DNA from: Candidatus Omnitrophota bacterium
GTDB taxonomy: Bacteria; Omnitrophota; Omnitrophia; Omnitrophales; Aquincolibacteriaceae
Direction: 5' to 3'
Length of the DNA stretch: 64,000 nucleotides
Assembly (NCBI GenBank): GCA_022711115.1
Contig: JAKLFP010000002.1
Coordinates: forward strand, 207,674-271,673
The stretch's first letter is position 1; each line of letters begins with the position of its first letter. Below the pieces are notes generated by a model. That model was not told the DNA's origin. It saw nothing but the letters and a program-made list of their open reading frames with translations, and did no database searches. Shown piece by piece: positions 39,184-47,695 of the stretch. Made by a program: the position numbers and the translations under genes.

Positions 39184-39726
39184 TCAGGCGTGCATACCGT
39201 CATTTTGTTGATAGATAAAATCATTAAATCGGTCTTCAAATACTGTTTTAAAAGCATCACTGACTTCCATCATAAAACACAATCCCTGGCTCACCGATTT
39301 CTCATCCTCATTTTCAGGCCCGCCCAGAGTTGTCAGTTTCAGCTTATGAAACAGATGGACCATGATTCCCAAGATGGGCGAATTTTCCTTATCCGCATTC
39401 GCGGCATAGAGGCTTTCACTAAAGCGCGAGGCACTTCCAAGCGAACGAGGGCCTTCAAAAAGATTCATCACTTCTTTAAAATAAATATTTCTTGTTTCCT
39501 TATCGGCGATGTTGTGAATCTCACAGCAATTGGTCCAAAAAAAACAGCCCAGGGCTAATTTGACCGGCACATATTCGGCGCCAAAATCCTGGCACGTCAT
39601 GTTCTTAAGCTTCGCATCGCGTCGGGCAAGTTCCTGATAAACCAGATCATGTCCGGTTGCATCAAGAGCTAGAGCCATCAGTCCTTGAGCACATTTTTTA
39701 AATGCTGGGATCGTTTTCTTATTCAT
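39184..39726 (-). CDS. hypothetical protein
   Basis: A 181-aa ORF with an AAGGA RBS and no recognisable motifs. Confidence 0.4.
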   Translation of the reverse strand: MNKKTIPAFKKCAQGLMALALDATGHDLVYQELARRDAKLKNMTCQDFGAEYVPVKLALGCFFWTNCCEIHNIADKETRNIYFKEVMNLFEGPRSLGSASRFSESLYAANADKENSPILGIMVHLFHKLKLTTLGGPENEDEKSVSQGLCFMMEVSDAFKTVFEDRFNDFIYQQNDGMHA

Positions 39727-39912
39727 AAATTTAATCCTTCGAATCAGGAAAGATTGTATCCTATCAAGGCAGAAGCAGACTTGCAACAACCGAAATGGTT
39801 ATCAACCGCTACGATCTTTTTTTGAGCCGACCGGTAAGCATCCGTGACTGTTTACAACATACTTTGTTAATTCCATGAGGATTTTGCCGTTTTTATGCTA
39901 TAAAGGATCATT

Positions 39913-40752
39913 ATGGGAAAACGCCGTTTTTTTAATTTTAAGCTTACAAAGAAACAAAAAAGAAAACTTTTTTCATTTTTAGTTTTTTGCCTGATTTTTA
40001 CTGGCATTTTTTTACTTTACAAGCATCACGCCAAATTCTGGCTCCATCGGATCGCACCCGAGAGCGTCAAACCCAAGATCACTTTTGTAATCGATGATAT
40101 CGGCGCCCATAATAAGCTCAAATCGGAGCTTGCCGTTCTCAAAAATAAAGTCACCTATGCGATCCTGCCGCTGCTTCCTTACTCAAAATATTTCGGCAAT
40201 CTTAGCGAAACGACGCATGCCGAGGTCATTTTGCATCTTCCGCTCGATACGATTCAGGACAAAATTCCGGGACCCGGCTTAATCGTGAATACCATGCCCG
40301 ACGAACATATCCGGGATCTCCTTGCCAGAAACCTGGACTCTGTTCCCCATCATGTCGGCGCCAACAATCATTTCGGCTCCAGCGGCACCGCCGATCGGCG
40401 AGTCATGACCATTATTTTGACGGAATTTAAAAAGCGGAATCTTTTTTTTCTGGACAGCTACACAACTCCCTCGTCCGTAGTCCGTGAAATCGCGCACAAA
40501 GTAGGCGCCAAAGTCCTGACACGCGGGGATATGAAACGGGGGGTCTTCCTGGATAATGTGGACGCTAAAACACCCATTCTCCAGCAACTTCAGACCGCTA
40601 AAAAAATCGCTCGCGAAAAAGGCGATGTCATCGTCATCGGTCATTACCGGAAAAACACTCTTGAAATCTTAGCACAGGAAATCCCGCGTCTGGAACAAGA
40701 AGGTTTCGAAATCATTTCCCTGAGGGACCTTCTAAAAATTCGGAAGGATTAG
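39913..40752 (+). CDS. divergent polysaccharide deacetylase family protein (YibQ-like)
   Basis: An N-terminal TM helix and ITFVIDDIG...AILPLLPYS. Confidence 0.65.
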   Translation: MGKRRFFNFKLTKKQKRKLFSFLVFCLIFTGIFLLYKHHAKFWLHRIAPESVKPKITFVIDDIGAHNKLKSELAVLKNKVTYAILPLLPYSKYFGNLSETTHAEVILHLPLDTIQDKIPGPGLIVNTMPDEHIRDLLARNLDSVPHHVGANNHFGSSGTADRRVMTIILTEFKKRNLFFLDSYTTPSSVVREIAHKVGAKVLTRGDMKRGVFLDNVDAKTPILQQLQTAKKIAREKGDVIVIGHYRKNTLEILAQEIPRLEQEGFEIISLRDLLKIRKD

Positions 40753-42095
40753 ACTTTTTCCCCGCGAAAAGTTTCGTGCCGCAAATCTGTAAGGCGCACT
40801 TTCACGAAAGAACCGAGGTCGGCTTCTTTTGATTCAAAATAAACTCTTTTGTCCTGATCCGTGCGGCCGATCCTTTCTTTGGGATTTTCCGGGTTGAGGG
40901 ATTCGACAAAAACAGAAAACGTCTTTCCCAGCAACATCTCATTTTTTTCTCTCATCACCTGCCGCTGGACTTTCAAAAGCTCGTTATTTCGATGCGCCTT
41001 GATCGTTTGCGATACGTCATCCGGAAGATTCGAGGCGGGGGTACCGGGACGCACCGAATATTTATAAATGAAGGCCCCATCGAATCGGATCTCCTCGAGC
41101 GCCCGTTTCGTAGCCTGATAGTCCTCGTCGGATTCCCCTGAAAACCCAACGATGATATCCGTCGTGATAGAAATATCCGGCACCAACTCTCTCAAACGTT
41201 CAATGCGTGTTTTATATTCTCCGTAAGTGTGAAGTCGTTTCATCCTTTTCAAGATCTTGTCGGAGCCGGACTGAAGCGGCAAGTGAAGTCTCCGGCCGAT
41301 CTTGGGATTGCGCGCGATCGATTGAAAAAGCTCTTCCGTTGCATCCTGAGGATGAGATGTCGTGAACGAGAGCCGTTCCAGCCCGTCAATCTCGCAAAGC
41401 TGACCCAATAATTGCGGAAAAGAAACATGCCCGCCGTCATAACTGTTCACATTCTGTCCAAGCAGCGTGATCCATTTCACCCCGTCCTCCACAAGACGCT
41501 TGGCCTCCGAGCAAACATCACGCGCCGACATGGACACCTCGTGACCTCGGGTTTTGGGGACAATACAGAAAGTACAAACCTTATCGCAACCCGTCATGAT
41601 AGGAAGCCATGCGTGAAAACCGCTTTCGCGTTTCGTGAACTCGCTGTATTCGATGGAGACGCCATCCTGTTTGATCCTGGAAACCTGCTGACGCTTTTCC
41701 TGGATCTGGCGGATCAGTTGCGGGAGTTCCTTGATATTGCGGGTCCCGATCATCAGATCAAGCTGGGGAAAACGTTTAAAAAGCTTTTCTCGGTGCTCTT
41801 CAACCATACAACCCATGAGTCCGATAATGAGGTCTGGATTTTTTTTCTTTTCAATCCCGAGCATCCCCAATCGACCCCAAACACGGTTTTCCGCATGGTC
41901 TCTCACAGAGCATGTATTCATAAGGACTATGTCGGCCTTCCCGGAATTATTTTTCTCCAGGTTCTCTTCTTCTCCAGAATTATCTCCTTCAAAAAAAACC
42001 TGATAGCCCGCTTTTTCGAGCAGGCCGGCAGCAACTTGACTGTCATAAACATTCATCTGGCAGCCGAAGGTACGAATCAAAACATTCTTTGACAC
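40749..42095 (-). CDS. miaB: tRNA (N6-isopentenyl adenosine(37)-C2)-methylthiotransferase
   Basis: A UPF0004 N-domain (TFGCQMN), the radical-SAM motif CTFCIVP, and a TRAM C-domain. Confidence 0.85.
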   Translation of the reverse strand: MSKNVLIRTFGCQMNVYDSQVAAGLLEKAGYQVFFEGDNSGEEENLEKNNSGKADIVLMNTCSVRDHAENRVWGRLGMLGIEKKKNPDLIIGLMGCMVEEHREKLFKRFPQLDLMIGTRNIKELPQLIRQIQEKRQQVSRIKQDGVSIEYSEFTKRESGFHAWLPIMTGCDKVCTFCIVPKTRGHEVSMSARDVCSEAKRLVEDGVKWITLLGQNVNSYDGGHVSFPQLLGQLCEIDGLERLSFTTSHPQDATEELFQSIARNPKIGRRLHLPLQSGSDKILKRMKRLHTYGEYKTRIERLRELVPDISITTDIIVGFSGESDEDYQATKRALEEIRFDGAFIYKYSVRPGTPASNLPDDVSQTIKAHRNNELLKVQRQVMREKNEMLLGKTFSVFVESLNPENPKERIGRTDQDKRVYFESKEADLGSFVKVRLTDLRHETFRGEKV

Positions 42096-42247
42096 TGTTT
42101 ATTCTCCTTTGACAAAGCGCTAGGTGTCTTTTAGAGCATTAAAGAATCGCCTCTGAAACTTTTAGGTCATGACTTAGAGAGAAATATAAAACAGCTGGAG
42201 TGAACCGCCTTTTGAATTTACAAAACCACGCGGCCTAACGAGATTTT

Positions 42248-43267
42248 TTATACGACCCGGTCCTTGCCTTCATATTTGGCTCGATACAAAGCTGCATCGG
42301 CTTTTCGGACCAGTTCCTCCCAGGAATCACAGTCCAATGGAAATTCGGAAACCCCGATGGATACGGTCAGCCTGCCCTGAGGTTGTTCTTCTTTATGGGC
42401 AAAGGGGAAATTCCGCACATCATTCAATATTCTCTTCGCCCTGACATAGGCCCCTGCCTTAGGTGTTTCGGGAAGAATAATCACAAACTCCTCGCCGCCA
42501 TATCTGGCCACCATATCATTGCTCTTCGCTGCCTGGGCGGGATTTGCAAGACGCGTCGACCGTGATGTTTTGGAAAACAGATCTGCCAATTGTTTCAAAA
42601 GGATATTTCCTTCTTCATGTCCGTTCTTGTCATTGTAGTGCTTGAAGTTATCAATATCGATAAAAAGCAGGGACACCTGATAATTGTATTTCCTGGCCCT
42701 GCCGATTTCATCAATCAAAGTCTCTTCAAAAAAGCGGTAATTATATAACCCGGTCAGGCTGTCTTTAACCACCAGCGATTCAAGCTTCTTTGTTTCAAAG
42801 TAAAGAGTCCGGACCCGTTCCTCTCCCGATTGATCAAGCACCCCTCTGATAAAACTCAGCTCACTGCTTAAATCAACGATTGTTTTTTCTACCGCCTGCA
42901 TATGAAAGCGAATCAGATCCCGGATCGAAAGGATCCCGAGTAAAACGTCATTTTCCACAATCGGCAAGTGACGGATGGCGCGCGCTCTCATCAGACTATA
43001 GACTTGTTCACAACTGGCTTTGGTCGTCACTGTCAATAATTCCGAGGTCATAACCTCTTTGACCAAAGTTTTCGAGACATCCCGTCCCTCGGCCCCCACT
43101 CGATTTACCAAATCCCGCTCCGTGAAAACCCCCAAAGGTTTCTTCTTATCCGCGATGACCACACAACCAATATTATGTTTTTTCATGATGAGACACGCAT
43201 CGTATACCGTCTGATCCGGGCTAATGGTTTTAACGTCTTTGATCATCCACTGTGACACAAGATTCAT
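42248..43267 (-). CDS. CBS-pair / GGDEF diguanylate cyclase
   Basis: Two CBS motifs followed by GGDEF with an intact RYGGEEF. Confidence 0.8.
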   Translation of the reverse strand: MNLVSQWMIKDVKTISPDQTVYDACLIMKKHNIGCVVIADKKKPLGVFTERDLVNRVGAEGRDVSKTLVKEVMTSELLTVTTKASCEQVYSLMRARAIRHLPIVENDVLLGILSIRDLIRFHMQAVEKTIVDLSSELSFIRGVLDQSGEERVRTLYFETKKLESLVVKDSLTGLYNYRFFEETLIDEIGRARKYNYQVSLLFIDIDNFKHYNDKNGHEEGNILLKQLADLFSKTSRSTRLANPAQAAKSNDMVARYGGEEFVIILPETPKAGAYVRAKRILNDVRNFPFAHKEEQPQGRLTVSIGVSEFPLDCDSWEELVRKADAALYRAKYEGKDRVV

Positions 43268-43558
43268 GATGCTTGCTCCTCCAAAAAATCCTAACTATTG
43301 CATGTCATTAAGCACTACTACCGCTCTTCGGCAGGACAGGTTAAATCGCTTACAAGCACTTGGGATATACCATAATCCTTATCCCTTGCCAAGCTTTTCC
43401 CACAAAACTAAGCCACTTCTTTTATTGCAAATTTTGTTCGAGAAATAAAACAACTTGTTTATGTATACGGCCATTCCCAACTTTAATTAATCATATTTTA
43501 TCCGCGACAGCATAACACAGGATTGTTTAATTCTACAGGTATTGGCGGCAGTTTTTGA

Positions 43559-44281
43559 TCACTCACGAATTTGAAAGGATGCAAAAAGAGATTGAAGAGT
43601 CGAACGGAGTCCGGCAGAAATGATGGGCGTTTGGGCATAGCTTTCACGAAGTTCTTTGTCATGGCAATGTTCACCGCGAAATGATTGAAGCGTGAAGTTC
43701 TTGCAGCCCATTCCTGCCAATTCGCGTGCCATCTCAAGAATTTCCATTTCGGTAAGAAGGTCTGGATGAATGGTCGTCCGAAATTCATAAGGCTTGTTGC
43801 TCGCAAGCACCAGGGAGGCACTCTGACGCGCCGCATCACCGCTTGCTGGAATTCGGGTCACTTTCTCATACAAGCTGAATGGAACCTTGATATCCATCCC
43901 GACCCAATCACAAAGAGGAAGGACTCCCGACAACCGGTCAGGGAAAATACCTCCCGTATGAAGTCCTATTTCGTATCCCATGTCCTTAACAGCTTTGATC
44001 CAGGCAGAAAGCTGCAAATGGACGGTGGGTTCTCCTCCCGAAAAGACAATGCCGTCGAGATGTCCCTTGCGCGAGGTAAGGTAGTGTCTGATTTTTTCAA
44101 CAGGAATATGCGTTCCGTAAGGCGGGAGCGGCCAGAATTCCGAGTTGTAACAATAACGGCAACGCCAAGCACAACCCTGAAGATAGAAAACCCCGGCCAG
44201 ACGGCCGGGGAAATCTATGGTTGTAAAGGGCGTAATACCCGCAACACAAATATCGTCAAGATTACATGCACCGTTTCTCAT
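43559..44281 (-). CDS. nrdG: anaerobic ribonucleoside-triphosphate reductase activating protein (radical SAM)
   Basis: CAWRCRYC. Confidence 0.8.
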   Translation of the reverse strand: MRNGACNLDDICVAGITPFTTIDFPGRLAGVFYLQGCAWRCRYCYNSEFWPLPPYGTHIPVEKIRHYLTSRKGHLDGIVFSGGEPTVHLQLSAWIKAVKDMGYEIGLHTGGIFPDRLSGVLPLCDWVGMDIKVPFSLYEKVTRIPASGDAARQSASLVLASNKPYEFRTTIHPDLLTEMEILEMARELAGMGCKNFTLQSFRGEHCHDKELRESYAQTPIISAGLRSTLQSLFASFQIRE

Positions 44282-44342
44282 TTGTCTTTATAGGTGAACG
44301 GTGCAAGCACTGCGAACCCTAAAAATTAATAGCAACGCAGTG

Positions 44343-44516
44343 CTAGGCGCATTCACACCCGGCTTCTTTGGGCTCGGCAAAATATTTACGTTCATCGAAT
44401 TCGCCCTTTTTCCCCACATTAAAACCGGAAACAGGCCTGTGATACCCCATCACACGTGTCCATACCTCACAACGCGTTCTTTCTTCATCTTTTAAAATGG
44501 CGCTCTCTTTATTCAT
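44343..44516 (-). CDS. NrdD glycyl-radical C-terminal segment encoded as a separate 57-codon ORF
   Basis: Minus-strand translation gives MNKESAILKDEERTRCEVWTRVMGYHRPVSGFNVGKKGEFDERKYF.... This matches the class III RNR glycyl-radical motif RVxGY...WN.GK..E. It is in frame with the large nrdD ORF but separated from it by TAA. An AAGGAG RBS overlaps that stop. Confidence 0.6.
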   Translation of the reverse strand: MNKESAILKDEERTRCEVWTRVMGYHRPVSGFNVGKKGEFDERKYFAEPKEAGCECA

Positions 44517-44525
44517 TTTTTCTCC

Positions 44526-46595
44526 TTATTTCTGAATCTCCTGCACCTGCGTCTCACCCGCAGTGATGTTTGAACTATGATGCTCATAAAGCAATTTTGC
44601 CTGAATCAATTCCTGATCGCACTTGGGACAAAATTCGTGTTCTCCGGGAAGATAACTATGCTTCGGACAAATCGAAAAAGTCGGTGTGACCGTCACGTAA
44701 GGGATCCGATACCCCTCCAAAGCCCTTTTGACAAGCTTCTTGCAGGCCTCCGAACTTGAAATACGCTCCCCCATGTAAAGATGCAGCACGGTGCCACCGG
44801 TATAGCGGCGCTGAAGCGACTCTTGCCGCTCCAAGGCTTCAAACGGATCATCCGTGAAAGCCACGGGAAGTTGCGATGAGTTCGTGTAATAAGGCCTTTC
44901 ATCCGTTCCCGCATGCAAGATATCGGGAAAACGCTTGATGTCTTCCTTGGCAAACCGGTAGGTCGCTCCTTCAGCAGGTGTCGCTTCGAGGTTATACAAG
45001 TGCCCCGTTTCTTCCTGGAAGGAAGTAATCCGTTCTCGGATAAAATCCAGCAGTTTCACCGCGAATTCAAAACCAGCAGGGGTGGTCACATTTTCTTTAC
45101 CGCTTGTGAAATTCCGGATGCATTCATTGATCCCATTCACACCGATCGTGGAAAAATGATTCCGCAACGTTCCCAGATAACGCTTTGTATACGGGAAAAG
45201 TCCTGCGTCCATATGGCGTTGAATGATCTTGCGCTTAATTTCAAGACTTGTCTTAGCGACCTGCAGGAGGGCATCGACCCGCTTTAAAAAGGCGCTTTCA
45301 TCTCCCTTGGCGAGGTACCCGATGCGTGCACAATTGATCGTCACCACTCCCAAGGAGCCCGTCTGCTCCGCGGAACCAAAAAGACCGTTCCCGCGCTTTA
45401 AAAGTTCCCGAAGATCCAGTTGCAAACGGCAGCACATGGAACGAATCTGGTTTGGCTTGAGATCTGAATTGAGAAAATTTTGAAAATACGGAAGACCATA
45501 CTTCGCCGTCATCTCAAAGAGAGGATCACAATTCGGATGGTCCCAATCGAAGTCCGGCGTGATGTTATAGGTCGGGATCGGGAAAGTAAACACGCGCCCC
45601 TTAGCATCCCCTCGCATCATCACCTCGATATAGGCTTTATTGATCATGGCCATTTCTTCTTGAAGCTCACCGTAGGTAAACTCCATCTCTTTACCACCCA
45701 CGATCGGATGTTCGCTTCGCAAATCTTCAGGACAAACCCAGTCAAAAGTCACATTCGTAAAAGGAGTTTGCGTTCCCCACCGCGAAGGCACATTGAGGTT
45801 GTAAATAAATTCCTGTATGGATTGTTTCACGTCCTCGTAAGGAAGATTATCAATGCGAATATAAGGCGCAAGATAGGTGTCAAAGGAAGAAAACGCCTGG
45901 GCGCCTGCCCACTCATTTTGCAGGGTCCCGAGAAAATTTACCATTTGTCCGACGGCGGAAGAGAGATGTTTCGGAGGAGCGGATTCGATCTTATCGGGAA
46001 CACCGTTGAACCCTTCGCGAAGAAGTGTCTTAAGAGACCACCCGGCACAATATCCGGAAAGCATATCAAGGTCATGAATATGAATGTCCCCATGACGATG
46101 GGCATTACTTACTTCTTCCGGATACACGTGCGAGAGCCAATAGTTTGCAATCACCTTCCCGGAAATATTGAGAATCATCCCGCCTAACGAGTAACCCTGA
46201 TTCGCGTTCGCGTTCACGCGCCAATCCAGCTTATAGAGATATTCGTTCACCGAAGATGTCACATCGACAACTGTCTTTTGATCTTTCCGCAATTTCTTGT
46301 GCTGCTCGCGGTAAACAATGTAAGCGCGCGCTGTCTTGAGATGATTCGAGGAGATAAGGACTTGCTCAACAATATCTTGGATTTTTTCGATATCGAGAAA
46401 TCCGGAAGCATAACGGTTATCAATAACTTTTATAACTTCTAATGTTAGCAGGTGAGCCTCGGCCCCATCATATTCCCCAGTCGCCTGCCCCGCTTTAAGA
46501 ATCGCGTTATAAATCTTGGCTCCATCAAAAGAAACGATTGAGCCGTCACGCTTGCGGATGCTGGTGATCTTTTTGGAAAGGAATTGTTCGGCCAT
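44526..46595 (-). CDS. nrdD: anaerobic ribonucleoside-triphosphate reductase, large part (ATP-cone ... Zn ribbon). It lacks the Gly-radical motif.
   Basis: It has an N-terminal ATP cone and a C-terminal CPKH...CPKC zinc ribbon. The ORF ends at TAA 3 codons before the ATG of the Gly-radical ORF. Confidence 0.8.
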   Translation of the reverse strand: MAEQFLSKKITSIRKRDGSIVSFDGAKIYNAILKAGQATGEYDGAEAHLLTLEVIKVIDNRYASGFLDIEKIQDIVEQVLISSNHLKTARAYIVYREQHKKLRKDQKTVVDVTSSVNEYLYKLDWRVNANANQGYSLGGMILNISGKVIANYWLSHVYPEEVSNAHRHGDIHIHDLDMLSGYCAGWSLKTLLREGFNGVPDKIESAPPKHLSSAVGQMVNFLGTLQNEWAGAQAFSSFDTYLAPYIRIDNLPYEDVKQSIQEFIYNLNVPSRWGTQTPFTNVTFDWVCPEDLRSEHPIVGGKEMEFTYGELQEEMAMINKAYIEVMMRGDAKGRVFTFPIPTYNITPDFDWDHPNCDPLFEMTAKYGLPYFQNFLNSDLKPNQIRSMCCRLQLDLRELLKRGNGLFGSAEQTGSLGVVTINCARIGYLAKGDESAFLKRVDALLQVAKTSLEIKRKIIQRHMDAGLFPYTKRYLGTLRNHFSTIGVNGINECIRNFTSGKENVTTPAGFEFAVKLLDFIRERITSFQEETGHLYNLEATPAEGATYRFAKEDIKRFPDILHAGTDERPYYTNSSQLPVAFTDDPFEALERQESLQRRYTGGTVLHLYMGERISSSEACKKLVKRALEGYRIPYVTVTPTFSICPKHSYLPGEHEFCPKCDQELIQAKLLYEHHSSNITAGETQVQEIQK

Positions 46596-46937
46596 GCATA
46601 CTCCCCTTTCTGTGATTAACCTATCGGCAAATTCGCCAGATATTGTAGTTTTATTTTAATGCTTACACCATATCTAGTATTCAATGCGGTCAAAGAGCAA
46701 TTCTTTTAAAACTGGATTTTTAATTTAAAGATTTGTTTGGAATGTTTTGATGCGGTGCTTTTAAAAAAAGTCTGTCGTTGAAAAAAATAAATTAAAAATG
46801 GCACCGAATTATTGCATTTCCAAAACCGCGTGAAATAATATTCCTCAAAAACAAAAGTTGCAACAAGAATTTTTAACTTTTTTTCGAAAAAAATTTTGAC
46901 GGGGAGAGAAAAATATTTATTTGAAAAAAGTTCTTGA

Positions 46938-47651
46938 TTAATACTTGGTTTCAGCTTTTTTGCGGATCATCTCCACAAGCACTCCAGCAATTTCATCCAT
47001 CGAAACACGATCCGTATTCCAAATGGCGTCATAAAGCAATGGATCATGAATATCTTTAGAAAAAAATGTTTTCACAAGTTCGGCTTTCGCTTTATCTTTT
47101 TCCGCAATCGCTTGGCGCGCTTCTTTCTCACTGATCTGCAAGGCCTGCATCATCCTTTTGATGCGCGAGTCAAGAGAAGCAACGAGCCTGATATGAATCC
47201 CTAAAGGAAGATCGTGCGTCAGAAGAGCCGAACCGCGGCCAACAAAGACTACTTTGCCATAAATAGCAAAGGCGCGCATCATGTGGAACATTTTTTTGAT
47301 GACAACATCCTGAGAAGACACGCCAAAAACAAGCTGCCCGATGAAATCTTCCGCGTGAGAATGATATTCCGTTTTCAAGAGCGATTCGACAGATGATTTT
47401 AATGCCGGATCCTGTGCAACAATATGGCAAATTTCCTGATTGCAAAGCTGCCAGCCGCAAAAGAGAGGCTCTTGATTCAGCTTTTGGATTTTTTCGTAAA
47501 GAATTTTAGCAAGAGATTGGCCTCCCGCGCCGGCAAGGCGGGAAATGGTTATAAAGGGGAAATTTCTTTTTTTTGAATTTACTTGCGAAGGTTCGTGCTC
47601 GTAGTAAAGAAGACTATCAACAAAAGATTTCAGCTTCTGGATTTCACTCAT
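46938..47651 (-). CDS. cytidylate kinase-like family protein
   Basis: ITISRLAGAGGQSLAK, an atypical P-loop of the cytidylate-kinase-like family. Confidence 0.5.
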   Translation of the reverse strand: MSEIQKLKSFVDSLLYYEHEPSQVNSKKRNFPFITISRLAGAGGQSLAKILYEKIQKLNQEPLFCGWQLCNQEICHIVAQDPALKSSVESLLKTEYHSHAEDFIGQLVFGVSSQDVVIKKMFHMMRAFAIYGKVVFVGRGSALLTHDLPLGIHIRLVASLDSRIKRMMQALQISEKEARQAIAEKDKAKAELVKTFFSKDIHDPLLYDAIWNTDRVSMDEIAGVLVEMIRKKAETKY

Positions 47652-47695
47652 GGGCTACACCTCGCATATGGGATAACCAACAGCCCAAGATCAGC

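Noticed and set aside
44526-44528. Possibility that TAA is a reassigned sense codon (explaining the nrdD interruption)
   Set aside because: thrS and several other clearly complete genes in the window terminate at TAA, so TAA functions as a stop here.
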